Position numbers and translations under genes: made by a program | From: Trichosphaerium sp. ATCC 40318 | Lineage: Eukaryota > Protista > Tubulinea | Reading direction: 5' to 3' | DNA length: 64,000 nt | NCBI GenBank assembly: GCA_038496445.1 | Contig: JALMLS010000481.1 | Span: 9,340 to 73,339, forward strand | The notes under the pieces: generated by a model | Seen by the model: the letters and a program-made list of their open reading frames with translations, nothing else | Told to the model about the DNA's origin: nothing | Database searches by the model: none | In this document: positions 1 to 12,347 of the stretch, in pieces | How the letters are laid out: every line of letters starts with the position of its first letter | Numbering within the stretch: position 1 is the stretch's first letter

Positions 1-247
1 AATTCTTAGCCAAGAAAACGAATCACTCTAAATAATTATTGTACACTCTATTCAGCCACGAACAACAGGTTTTGCCAGTCAACAATTAAATTGTTTAATG
101 CCCTACAGAAGCCCAGAGATCCTTTAGAACTTCCTTATAAAACAACCGCCTCCTGTGGTTGCGTGAACAAATTATATTACAGCAACAAAAGCGAGTAGAC
201 TTAGCGTTGATTAAGCGAGCTACAGCAGAAGTGGGAATTTAACTTAA

Positions 248-949
248 ATGGCCGCAACTATCATTGTACGCATTAAATGAGCGGTATCAACCAAATTACG
301 ACTACATTAACACGTTAAGTAGCCAAGCACGTCAAAATCAACTTATGATCATCTGCTAGACATCCCGCTTGAGCTACACCTATATATTACCGATTTAGAC
401 TTTGAAGTCTATTCAAAATGGCCTATACTGTCTAAATACACAGCAACGTCTACAAGGTTTGACTATAAACTAAGAAAACGAGGTAGATGGCGTAACCATG
501 AATCACAAATTCATTATTCATGGAAACGAGGTAAAAGACACGGAAAACAGAAAGAGTGGTACTCTAATGGTTCTCTGTATAAAACATCTTTTTTTGTAAG
601 AGGTGTAAGACAAGGTATGGTTAAAGAGTGGCTATTGAACGGTCAGTTGTATCTACAGTATTACTGTGAGAATAACAAAGTTCACGGAAAGTATAAGAAG
701 TGGTATTCAACTTGTAATCAATTAGAATGTCGAGGAAATTATGTTAATGGTAAACTAGAAGGAGAACAAAGATATTGGTATGAGAACGGACGAAAAAGTA
801 TGCAATTTTATTGTGTATGTGGAGTGAAGCATGGAGAGTATAAAGAGTGGTTTGATAGCGGTCAATTATGGAGACAGTGTTTGTATGTGAATGGTAATGC
901 TACAGAGGCTAAGATATGGTATGATGATGGCGAATTGTGTACTTTGTAG
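248..949 (+). CDS. F-box-like + MORN-variant (MORN_2/YwqK-like) repeat protein; exons 248-265 and 323-949
   Basis: ATG at 248, GTACGC donor at 266 and TAG acceptor at 322 give MAATII|PSTSKSTYDHLLDIPLELHLYITDLDFEVYSKWPILSKYTAT, in frame with track ORF 617-949 (G-E-Y-K-E-W-x-x-N-G repeats). The N-terminus aligns with the paralog at 51637. Confidence 0.8.
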
Positions 950-1325
950 CTTGACAATGACAAGTGTCATAACCAAGGGTGTATGTCACCACGTGTTTGA
1001 GCAGTTGTGGAACAAGGTGCTTGTATCTTCATACAATCAATCAGTTCAATTCCTGCTTGGAGTTTCTGGCTGGATGATCAGGTTCTTTCAGGGTAATGGC
1101 ATCCATTGGTAATAGAAATGTAGACAAATAAAGTCTATTCCAGCATTGACTGTTCAATAAAAAAAAGTTTTACTGGTTTTTATTTTAAGGACAGTTTGAA
1201 AACACAACATAAGCTCTTTTTACGGGTTATTGATAGTCCAAGAGGTCGATTGTTAAGAAAATCTAGCGATTAATTTCAAACACAGATTTTGAAACTAAGT
1301 TGTGTTCACGTGACATGACACCAAA

Positions 1326-2137
1326 TTAATAAAAATCTAGTTGTTCAAGGTTGACCAATGTCTTTAAAGCTAATTCTGTTATATTAAAGCAATCATACAT
1401 ATTAAGGTGTTTGACATTGGTCAACGATTTGATCCCATCATCTGTTATAAATGTCCCATGAGCGATATTGACAGTGTGCACATTGCAAAGATGTTTGAGC
1501 CATGAGTCTTTTGGGAAAGTAAGAGTTATCTCATGAACGTCTTTGAGTGCTTTGATTCCTTCAACTGTAATATTATCGCAGTAACAGAGGTCAATAGTGT
1601 GTACACCAACAAGACTTTGGAGTGCTTCATCCGTCACTGATGTCTTTCCAAGGTCAATTTTATGAACACCTGCAAGTGCTTTAACACCTTCGTCAGTAAT
1701 GCCACCACAACCAGATAGATAAATGGTATGAACACCAGCAAGTGATTTTATGCCGTTATCTGTAACACTGCAACCACGTATATCAATGGTATGTACACCA
1801 GCAAATCTTTTTAAAATACTAGTAGAGCACTTGAACCTAAGTCGGATTTTTGTATGTCGCAGAATACCACTGTGTTTTAACAGTGCTTTTGCTTGGTCTT
1901 CATTTCTTATCCTAACTTTCTTGTATCCAATAACATCATGAATGATAGAAGCAAACAGATTACAGGTTTGGCAAGCTGCAAAGCGTGATTTTTTGGTTTG
2001 TCGTAAAATATGCACCACTATCTCTGTAGGTAAGTCTAAAATGTGTATCGGTACACTGTGGGAAGTTAGGAGGTTGAACAGAGCTTTTAAATTAGTATAT
2101 ACCTTTTATGTGCGATAACTAGACGTTGTTTAGACAT
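1326..2137 (-). CDS. F-box + LRR protein (copy C); exons 2137-2103 and 2055-1326
   Basis: A 47-nt GT-AG intron (2102-2056) joins MSKQRLVIAHKS to VPIHILDLPTEIVVHILRQTKKSRFAACQTC (F-box), followed by GVHTIxLxxxxVTDEGxKAL repeats. It ends earlier than copies A and B. Confidence 0.85.
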
Positions 2138-2769
2138 ACAGCTGTTTTAGACTGTTCTATGAGCGAAATATCATCTGTGATAATCACGTGCACAAACACC
2201 TTGTGTCGTTCATTGTCAACCGCAGTCGCTTGTAGTTTTCTTTCGAAATAAGCACATGACCTTTCTTCAGTCGTCTGTTATTGCTCTGTTGGTAATCTCA
2301 TGTGCATACTTTTTGTTGACATGTATCAAATATTAAAAACGCACGTGCGTAGACCTGAAATATTTGTTAAACGATTCAGAGGAGAGAAAAACCAAAAATG
2401 GCGTCTGTATCCATTATTTCTAAGCACAATTATTTTGGCTGGTTTGAAGACCTTCATTGCTGTTAACATGAATACAGACAAACAAAATATCAATTTGCTA
2501 CTTGGGCAATATCTTAACTTTCTCCATTTTTGAGACCTACAGGTTTAGATTGTATGTTCCTCTTCGTAAACTAGATTGCCTATTAAATACAATATCAAAT
2601 TGTATGCTGACCTCTTGATGTATTGAAGTCAACATGTTCATCACCTACATATTCCATAGATGTGTTCTACAAGAAAGACAAGTAAGCATTGTAGTGTAAT
2701 TTTTTCCTACTGTACTTGTGAGAGTGCTATGGTTAAATCAACAACGTGGGTTCTACTACCTATTCAAGT

Positions 2770-4445
2770 GGATCCCAAAAATATCAGTAGGCATTCTAAA
2801 TGCTGTTACCAAAGTCGGGATAAGTTGAGAAGCTATTTATGCTGTTGCTCTCAACAATCCAAAAGTTAGAAAATTGTACAATAGACAAAACAATGTTACA
2901 ATGGCTTGTAAATATTGCCTATTTATTTAACTAATTAATACAAATAAATTGAACTAGTTACAATGTAGCTAGTGTCCACAATATTGAATACCCATTGACT
3001 CAACAGCTTCTATTGTAAGTTTGGTATTTTTCAATCCTCCAACCTGTTTTAAAGATGGTAAGTGCTTCAAGCAACCATTTGTAATCTGTGGACAGTAACC
3101 CATGGTGAGGTGCTCAAGGTTGATCAATGTCTTAAAACCCAAGTCTGTTATCTTGGGGCAATCGTAAAGTGCAAGGTATTTTACATTGGTCAATGATTTA
3201 ATTCCATCATCTGTTAAATCAGTCCCTGGAGCAATCGTGACAGTGTGTACATTGCAAAGATGTTTAAGCCAGGAGTCTTCTGGGTAAGAAAAATCAATCT
3301 CATGAACGTCTTTGAGTGCTTTGATTCCTTCAACTGTAATTTTTTGACAACCTTGTATGTTAATTGTGTGTACACCAACAAGACTTTGGAGTGTTTTATC
3401 TGACACAAATGTGTGACAAAGGTTACTAGTATGAACACCTTTGAGTACTTTGGCTCCTTCATCTGTCACTAATGTGTGAGAAAGGTTAATAGTATGAACA
3501 CCTTTGAGTGCTTTGACTCCTTCATCTGTCACTGATGTGCAAGAAAGATCAATAGTATGAACACCTTTGAGCGCTTTGGCTCCTTCATCTGTCACTAATG
3601 TGTGAGAAAGGTTAATAGTGTGAACACCTTTGAGTGCTTTGACTCCTTCATCTTTCACTGACGTATAAGAAAGATCAATTGTATGAACTCCTGCAAATTG
3701 TTCCACAATCTTGTCAGAAGGAAACCCGAAACCCCAATTATTTACTAAATCGATTCTTGTGTGCTTCATGATTCCACAATGCTTTACAACTTGTTTCGCT
3801 TGATTTTCTGTTGTTATATGTATACTATGGTATCCAATAATGTCGTGAATGATAGAAGAAAGGATACGACATGTTTGACAAGCTGCAAATCGCGATTTGG
3901 TTGTATGACTTAAAATAATTACTAGAATCTCAGTGGGCATGTCCAGTAATGTTTTTTGAGTGCTACAAATTATTTTAGAACAATACAATCAACATAAACG
4001 TTTACCTTTGATTTAATGTATCAGACGCCAAATCACACGGGTTTTTATTACCTTCTATGCGATCCATGGTGCCACGTGTACTTATTACGGAATAGCTGTT
4101 GACCAAACTCTAAACGAAAAAAATCGACCACACTTTTTTTGCTGACACGAAACTGGGCGACAATGTTATTTTTGGAAAAAAAAATCACGTGTTTGGAGTT
4201 GGAGCTTTGTACTTTTTTTTCATAAGACAGCACTGTAACAAGACGAAAGCAGTATTTTACATAAGTGCGCTTGTAAATACTACACTCACCAAGGAAGCAC
4301 CCAAAGGAGGCCAGCTAACCAAAAGGTACATTCGTTGGTTAACATACTATGCTGCCACATGCTAGTGCTGACAATCATAGCGTCAATAGGCGTATCAAAT
4401 AAAGATTAATTCCAAAATTGCTCAAAGTATCTCAGGAGGCGATAC
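2770..4445 (-). repeat. Left arm of a ~1.7-kb inverted duplication (partner ~18035-19880)
   Basis: Upstream region, exon 1, intron, CDS and 3' flank match the reverse complement of 18035-19880, e.g. 4373-4399 caatcatagcgtcaataggcgtatcaaa and 2810-2840 caaagtcgggataagttgagaagctatttat. Ends are approximate. Confidence 0.9.
2969..4067 (-). CDS. F-box + LRR protein (copy A); exons 4067-4006 and 3962-2969
   Basis: ATG at 4067 (MDRIEGNKNPCDL...) and a 43-nt GT-AG intron (4005-3963) lead to F-box LLDMPTEILVIILSH. Five 21-aa LRRs follow, then a 22-aa unit and the C-terminal LRRs. Confidence 0.9.
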
Positions 4446-4691
4446 CACGAGAATTGCACCAGTAAGAGGCGTATCAAAGCGAAATAACCGTATTGAAAAT
4501 TCCAACATAAGGTCCACTCAAGTGGATTATTTGTATTCCCAGTTTTGGTTTAACACTATTCAGGTATGGGACAGTGAATGCAAGCTTATACAGAGCACTG
4601 TTCGCTTTCGGTTGGGACAAGAACCCGACCTTCGCTCACAAAATATCATCCATTGGTGGGATGCCAGCACAGGTTAACACGTGCTAGGTAC

Positions 4692-4715
4692 CAAAATCCA
4701 CTCGAGTGGATTTTG
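4692..4715. repeat. Perfect 24-bp palindrome CAAAATCCACTCGAGTGGATTTTG
   Basis: Read directly. A near-copy, TCCACTCAAGTGGA, lies at ~4513-4526. Confidence 0.85.
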
Positions 4716-5401
4716 CTTCAGATTCAGTAGAAAATCTCTTCCCTGCCACCTTGGTTATTGTCAAGTTTTCACGATTAGTACTTACAATGTAGCTTTGCGT
4801 TGAAATATAGTTTAAACTCATGGAGAAAAACCAGTGTAGCAGACTGAATACACTTGCTACACATATTTTGCAATTCATATCTATAAAAATTGATTTTTAC
4901 ACATGTTTCCACTTTTCGCGATTGATTAGAGCCACGATTGACTAAAAAATGTGCTTAGACCTCATGTGCAGTATGGTTTTGCGCTGCTTTTCGCCAATCT
5001 TGAATTGAAGTTGAATAGAGCTACGATTGACTAAACAATGCTGTTTTCTGCAAAAATGTCGTACAAAAGCCAGCTAGAAAAAATGAAGTTCGAAGAAATA
5101 GGACATGGCACGTTGTACAAATTGTTTATATCTAACAACATCACGAAATTACAAAAACAAGGGAAATATATCGTGTAAATACATCAACATCTACAAATTA
5201 ACATTGATTCTACATTGACATGTATGAAACTTAATAGTAAATATCAGATGTCTCCTACATTTCAACACGTTCTGAGTCTCAACTAAAGACATCACAACTC
5301 TACAACATTTCAACTCTAACCAATTCAACCCAAACTCCCAACAGAATCACTGTAGACAGGGCTGTTATACGTCTGTACAAATAGCAAATATCAGTTTATT
5401 T

Positions 5402-6695
5402 CTAGTACAAATCAATACTATCTAAATCAGCAAGCATGTCATCTATCATCAAACTATTAGTATCAGATGAGAATAATATTGTCTTTTTTTCTTTTCTCAG
5501 AGCTTCAATGCATTCACTTGTCACATAAGTGTTTCGAAGATCAGCATACACAATACCCCCAAGCGCTTTGATGCCTTGATCTGTAACTGCTGTACCTTTA
5601 AGGTAAATGAACTGGACACCTTTGAGTGAACTTATTCCTTCATCTGTTACTGATGTATGATCAAGGACAATCTCATGAACCCCTTTGAGTGCTTTGACTC
5701 CTTCATCTGTAACTTTGGTATGTGAAATATCAATAGTATGAACACCTGCAAGTGCTTGGATACCTTCATCTGTTACTCGTGTGTCACTGAGGTCAATAGC
5801 ATGGACTCCTTTTAGTTCTTTAATACCTTCATCTGTAACATAACGGCACTTATTGAGATTAATAAAACGGACACCTTGGAGTGATTTGATGCAAAAATCA
5901 ATAGCATACTTTTTTACTCCAATGTCAATATTACTATAACAATGGAATCTAAACAAAGTATTCTCTAGCTTGAATATCACAATACTGTTATTCATAACAC
6001 CCGAATACTTTTGAACCTGTAGGATGTCCTTGAGGGTTCTAATGTATACTTGTCTGTAACCAACAATATCGTGAATAATATCAGACATAAAGCGACATGA
6101 TTGAGCAACAGAGTACCTGTCAGTGTCATACGTACACTCAGGTGTATCTGTGTACTGTAAAATACATGAAATAACCTCTGTTGGCAACATCAAAATGTTT
6201 GATTCTTGTTTTGCCACTTGTACGCTATTTTACAAAGAGTTAGATGCTTTCATCAACAATTGGGAGTAAATACTCCGTGTGAACGTACTATTGTTCTGTC
6301 GCGTGTTTTGATTCTTCCATAGGTTCCTCGACGCGTGTGGTATGCTTGGTAATTGTTTTTGAAGCGGTTTCCGCAAGTTCATGGAACGTTGCATCTATTT
6401 GCTGCGCAAGACTTTTATTTGAGGCATCTAGAACGCTTTGAAGCCGTTCCACGAGTGTACGGCTTTTTTCAGCTGTCATATTGCTTAACGCTTCTGTGTG
6501 CGTTGTGCACAAGTACATAACAGCCTGATCTACAGAAACACCTGAGAAATTCATGATTAGATGTGCCGCTGAGTGAGCTAACGTAGAATTTTCTAGACAA
6601 CTAAGAGAATCTCGGTCGCTTGAAAAAGCGTTGCTGTGCAACACCAACTCTAGGCACAGTTTACTTGCTAACGGGCTGAATATCGAATTGGTAAC
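5402..6695 (-). CDS. Divergent F-box + LRR protein with an extra N-terminal helical exon (5' end unresolved)
   Basis: Intron 6288-6225 (GTACGT...TAG) joins track ORF 6288-6647 in frame to ORF 5402-6217 (EQ-Y-VQVAKQESNILMLPTEVISCIL = F-box; GVHxIDLSxTxVTDEG repeats). Further upstream exons could not be resolved. Confidence 0.7.
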
Positions 6696-7164
6696 CTAGA
6701 AGGCCAGTTCCAACAGTACCAATTTTCATGAAAGTTAATCAGTTTTATAACACAAAGTCAGAAGGGTGTAAGGTGTTGACAATACTGTTGATGTATATTA
6801 CACCAATGACGAAGTATAAAGTGTAACCTGATAGCAAGAACTTGAACGCAAGTGTTCACCTTTTAAACCCATCGTAGACGGCAACCAAACGTGCCATAAC
6901 AGTTATTGATAAACTGGTTGTTTAACCATTGATAGTATACAGAGTAACCGAAGGCAGAACAGAAGATGTAATACGATGACTCCATTTTTTAACACAAAAT
7001 CTGAGAAATCCTAAAACCGTGAAAACACTCGATGTGAACGAACGCGAATGAGCTGGAAACAGGTGCATTCGCACGTACTATTTATTTACCACTGTTTTGT
7101 AACGTATACACTTGGATGTGACGTCACACGGCTGATAAAATAGGAAAAGACTGAAAAAGTCGTC

Positions 7165-10100
7165 TCAGTACGCAATAGCCATACCATCAGCTCTTGGATC
7201 AGAACCTGCTTGAAGAGCACCAGTGACAGGGTCACGGATGATAACTTGCCTGAAAATCGTTTTAGTTTTTATTAAAACGTCTGAAAAGTGGTAACGAACT
7301 TCAACGCGTAAAACGAAATAAAATTTAGATAATTTGACACAGAAATACGTACCCGTTTCCAAAACGTGATCGTTCGCCGTCTAGCGTACCAGTTAGCATA
7401 AATACGGATTTATAAGGGTATTAAAACGTAAAACTACCAAATTAACTCCGGATTGAACTAAAATTGCTCCGTACGTATTAACACTTTCGCATTAACCTTA
7501 TGGCCCATAGCCGCGAGAGTTTTTAGCACCTTTTCGCTAGTACCTTCTTCAAAGTCTATTAAACCTTCGCCTTCTACGCCAATACAGAATCTAGGTTCGT
7601 CTAAAGCGGCTTGCGGGTTCATATTCCAATCTATTAGGTTCGACAGTACTTGAACATGACCTTGAGGCTATAAATTGCATTCCAGTTAGGCTAATCGAAT
7701 AAAACTACAAAGACTACGACTTTTTTAACGGCGATGTAGAATTTGACGTCGAAAATAACTTGTTCAGCCAAAAACGCTTTCTTCGAAAAAAACTGTTCGA
7801 AAACTCAGGATTCCGTTTTATAGCTTGAAAACATACCTGCATGAACCCTAATAACATCAGTACGGGAATTGGCGAAAAACTACAACCTTGTGTCTAAGAA
7901 AATTGATCGAAAAAAAAAAAGGAAATCATAGACGTATTTTTCGCTTCTAATGACTTTGCTTGGACGGTGATTACGTACCTCCCATTACCCCAAACGGGCA
8001 ATATAGTTCACCATCTTTTAGTGCCATGCCCGGAATGATAGTATGGTACGGTCTCTTCGAAGGTGCAAGTACATTTGGATGACCTAGAATTCACCTGTAA
8101 AGATCTTGATGTCGTGGCATTTTTGTATCAGGAATGGAAAACACGCAATTTTCGGACTACAACGAGATTGGACAGAACCGAAATTTCGACGTTGTTCGGG
8201 TTAAGTCATGGTTGAAAAGTGTTCAGTGAAAAAATAAACAGTCGTGACACGACTTTCAAAGAACCAATTTAATTACCTTCGGTGAGGTTAAAGTTGTACC
8301 CTCTGTTTTGTAATGTAAAACCGCAACCCTAGTGACGTTATAGAGCACAATACGAGTGTATTAGAGGTGTAAAGTGTACTGTAAATTCAAAACATTGCGC
8401 GCGAAAAAATGTCGCACCTTTGGAATAATGCCTGTACCGAAGCCCATGTAGTTCGAATTGATGAAAGAACAAGCGTTACCTTGTCCGTCTACCACACAGA
8501 ACTGTACTGTGTCACAGGAAGTCGCTGGAAAGCCGTGTTTCTGTATAAATTGTAAATCTTTTCGGAGATTTATTACCGACATCAATTATTTTGCGATTTT
8601 CAAATATTACGTTGTACACAAGCAGAAAAAAAAACGAATTGTTCGGAAAACGCGTACCAGCTCTTTAGAAGCCTTTTTGGCATCAAATAGACTTCTTCTC
8701 TTTTTGGCGTACTCTTTCGAGAGTAATTCGCTAATAGGCACATCCACTACGTCAGGGTCGGCCACATACCTATTTTTCGTCAAAAAAACGCTACAGCGAA
8801 GGACAAAGATTTTAGCTAAAATTAGCGATTTATCAACTTTATTCTAAAAAGTGACTTAAAATGGTGAGTTTCTGTTCAGATAATGCAACCCGAAGTTTTT
8901 GGTACTTATTTTTAAAAACAGACACAACACGCAACGCGTAAAGAGTAATTAATAAAATACTCTTTTGTAGACAATATACAGTGATTTATATAAACAATAA
9001 AACATTTCGACGCGGTTTTTCAACTTTTGTATGCAAAAACCAGAAAATATGATGGAAATCGAACAACAACAGCAAGGCTTCTTCAGCCTCGAGGCAGAGC
9101 AGATGGGTTTCAATTTTAGTCCAAACCGATACATACATCCACAGGAATACCTCCGCACTTCGAATATAGAGCCTATGGACACCACAAACATATTTTTTAA
9201 CGATGATGACGACTATGATGAGCTTCTAGAACAAAATCTGTTCAACTCTATAAATAACGACTTGGATACAAGTTTTTACTTAGCAACAAACGAACAAGAC
9301 CATTGGGATCAACTACAAGAACGCCCTCACTTCGACAACCGCGAAATACAAGACTTTATTTCTTACGTACCACCAACAGCTGTCGGTCCTTCTTTTGCCC
9401 AAGTTCAGCATGAAGAGAAGCAACAGCAACACTCACAACAACAATCGCAACAACAAGCGCAACCTCAACCGCAATCAATGGTATTTCAACCACCAAACGT
9501 CATAAACTCCGCTGAAGACAGTATTGAAAGCGATGATAGCATGGATGAAATGATGGAGTTTCAACACTTTGAAGATCAATTATCTTATTACGAGGTACGC
9601 ACGGAAAAAAAAAAAAACCCACAAAACCTCCAAAATTAAGCAGAATTGACAAAAAATCAATGGCCTTTTATGGGTTTTTCTATTTTCTCGGGCCGAAAAA
9701 CGAAAAAAAAATTTGAGCCGCTTTTTTGTTTAAACCGTTTCTTATACTCACCTCATCGCTTTAGAATAAAGAAAAAGAGAAGCTAGAACAACTAGAAATG
9801 CTTAGACAAAGAATGTATAGTATATCTCAACAACATACACCAATTCACTCTTCTCACGGTAACAATCAACATACACAACGTAGAAGACATAATAGAATCA
9901 ATGCTCAACATCAAAAACTCGGCTATGCGTAGGAAATACAAAACAAAGAATACAACACAATCTCTTATGGTACGCATTATCCTCAACAGTCAAAACAAAA
10001 AAAAAAAAAAAAAAAAAAAAAAACCCTCGCTCCGAAAAAGCAGATGAAAATCTTCTCTTTTTCTCTCTTACTACCGCCTTCACATCTGCTTTTTCTCGCT

Positions 10101-11991
10101 TTATATTAAAACGTACCATTTTGTGTCTGCAAAAGCGATTCTTAGACTCTCAATTAATAAGTGTAGATGCTCTGGTGAATTCTTCTCAACCTTTGACAAA
10201 TCAAAACCCTCGAGGACATTCAAAGCCATCAGAGCCGTTATGCCTTGGCCATTGGGCGGCATCTCGTACACATCAACGCCCCTACGCATTAGTTAGTGTC
10301 GAACGTACAAACGAGGCCCTCGAATCGCTCTCCTATTGGGTATTCGATCGAGGCAAACAAGATAAACCTGAAGTTGGAAAAAAAAAACATAAAACTGTTT
10401 GGTTTTTTTCTCAACGTACCTATAATTCACGTGAATTGGTTCTGGAAACGTCGACACGTGGTTGCCTAAGTCCTGGGTGTCCAGAACACCGCCCAGATCA
10501 GCTATTACTTTCGCAACAGCCTCAGCAATGCGCCCCTATTTAAAATAAAGTCATTTCTTTCGGTGTTACTATGTAAAAGAAATGACATTGTATTATACAA
10601 AATAAAACAAACTATCTCGACTACACTATACGAAAACACAATTTCAAGGATTATATTAATCCAGTTCTGAGTAAAAACGCATATTTGAAGTCACTGAGCG
10701 AACTCTTCAATGAATAAAACAACATTGTGTATTTGCAAAAACACAAAAAAAAAAGCCGCAGTACTGGTAGCAACTCACCTTATAGAAGCCGTCTTTGCCG
10801 TCCTTTGCTAGAGCGCGAAATGTCGCGCCAAGTGTAGGGTTCTTCATGACCTCACCGGCCTTTGGTGGTTTGCCATTGAGAAGCATTTCGTCACCATTTG
10901 GGCTTGTTTTTAATTGCTCCCAACCTACAAACCGAGTATTAAATCAACGATAGTACCTATGGCAACAAACTTACCGCGTTCCCAATGTTCAGCTGTAACG
11001 TCGGAAACTGGAAACCCCTACAACAATTGTATTAGTCCAAGCATTGAAGGTTACACTACAAGGCATCACACTTGGCGGGAGTTGAAACATTGAAAACCGT
11101 TTTCTAAATCAACCACAATAAGAGACTGATTTTATATCAAATTTCTTTGTGGTACGTGTAAATAAGATGCGAAAGGATGGAGAAGCCATGTAGCGAGTTT
11201 TTTTTTGTCGGTCACGTGCCTTTTCTGCCAAGTCAATAGCAGGCTGTAGAATATCCAAAAGTGAAAGTTTTCCACTTCCGAACTTCTCTACGGTATCTAC
11301 CCATGCTGCTGCAGCCCTTGTGTAACAAGTTAAATCAAGTCAAAAAATTCTGGCACGAAATAACTTAACGGAGTGAATTGTTAAGGCATAGTAAAACTTT
11401 TGTGTCAAGTTTTCTGTGATTACTCAGTTATATTACCCTGGAGTTGTAACAGTAAGTGCGTGAAACATTGGCCAAGGAGTCTTTTCATCGTATCCCATGC
11501 TCTTCAACTTATCCATTGACAGGTGACGTGAAGATTTACCGCTACGCGCGTAGTTAGTTTTTTTCTTGTTCTTGGCCAGTAACCAGTTTTCATGAACGGA
11601 CCTGCCGTTTAAACCGGATACTTTTTTAGTCTTAGCGTCAAAGTACAAACAAAAAGCATCACCACCAATGCCTAAATGAACAAGTTAAGAAATTGCGTAT
11701 CTGGGCTACTAAAACCTGTGGAGGTTGGTTGAGTTACATTCAAGGCTGCTGCGACTGCTATTGCGGCTAAATGGATTGAGAAAAAAATCAAACAAATAAA
11801 AAGCGTTACTACGCTGAATACCATCTGCAGCGTTACCACCTTTCTGTAGTATGCTCAATCCAATTTGTGAAGCCAATGGCTAATGTTGAGTGAGCAATAC
11901 TAGTGAGAAAATGTAACCGCGCCTGCGATGAAGCTACTACGCCGTTGAGGCCATAAACTGGCGATCTACGCGAAATGTACGGAAAAGACAT
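7165..11991 (-). CDS. GGT: Gamma-glutamyltransferase (multi-exon)
   Basis: Spliced motifs include [77 protein letters not shown] (catalytic Thr), [22 protein letters not shown] and [11 protein letters not shown]. Confidence 0.95.
9031..9932 (+). CDS. Nested antisense gene inside a GGT intron; Q/D/E/H-rich low-complexity protein; exons 9031-9594 and 9765-9932
   Basis: A 188-codon exon ends at a GAG|GTACGC donor. A CTCAC branch-like site (~9747) and TTAG acceptor (9764) lead to in-frame [18 protein letters not shown]...KLGYA*. Confidence 0.65.
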
Positions 11992-12347
11992 GCAATTTGT
12001 ATTTTATGAAGCGATAATAACTATTATTGATCGTCACTAAGCGTTGGAATATTCACACGCTCCGTTTTAAGGCTGAGGTGAAAAAGTGGCAAGTTTAAGC
12101 CATAAATGTACAAACGAATTCGTTTTATTATTTAGTAATACAATACGACACGCAACTTGTGTATCTATCAGTAAAGTTGTATGTCTTATTCTCTTTTACT
12201 TCAAATTCAGCGATCTTGCAAGCGAGGCTTGTAAAGTACCAATTTTAACACTGCATGTTATAGTGGTAACCAGAGATATCACATTGCTCTTTTGTGCGTA
12301 ACGGTGTAAGAAATCAATTAATCTGCTATTCACGATTGGCACAACAA

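Noticed and set aside
323-617. Non-ATG (ACG, TTG or GTG) starts for the MORN and LRR genes
   Set aside because: Short upstream ATG exons joined by canonical GT-AG introns explain the starts (ATGs at 248, 2137, 4067 and 18419).
1-6700. Endogenous giant-virus insertion
   Set aside because: No nucleocytovirus hallmark genes (capsid, packaging ATPase, polymerase, primase) are present. The virus-like genes are dispersed singly among host genes and several have spliceosomal introns.
9930-9932. Stop-codon reassignment (TAG as sense) suggested by the open frame after this TAG
   Set aside because: Conserved genes end normally at TAG, TAA and TGA (SDR, PAN2, GGT), and no in-frame stops appear in their conserved exons.
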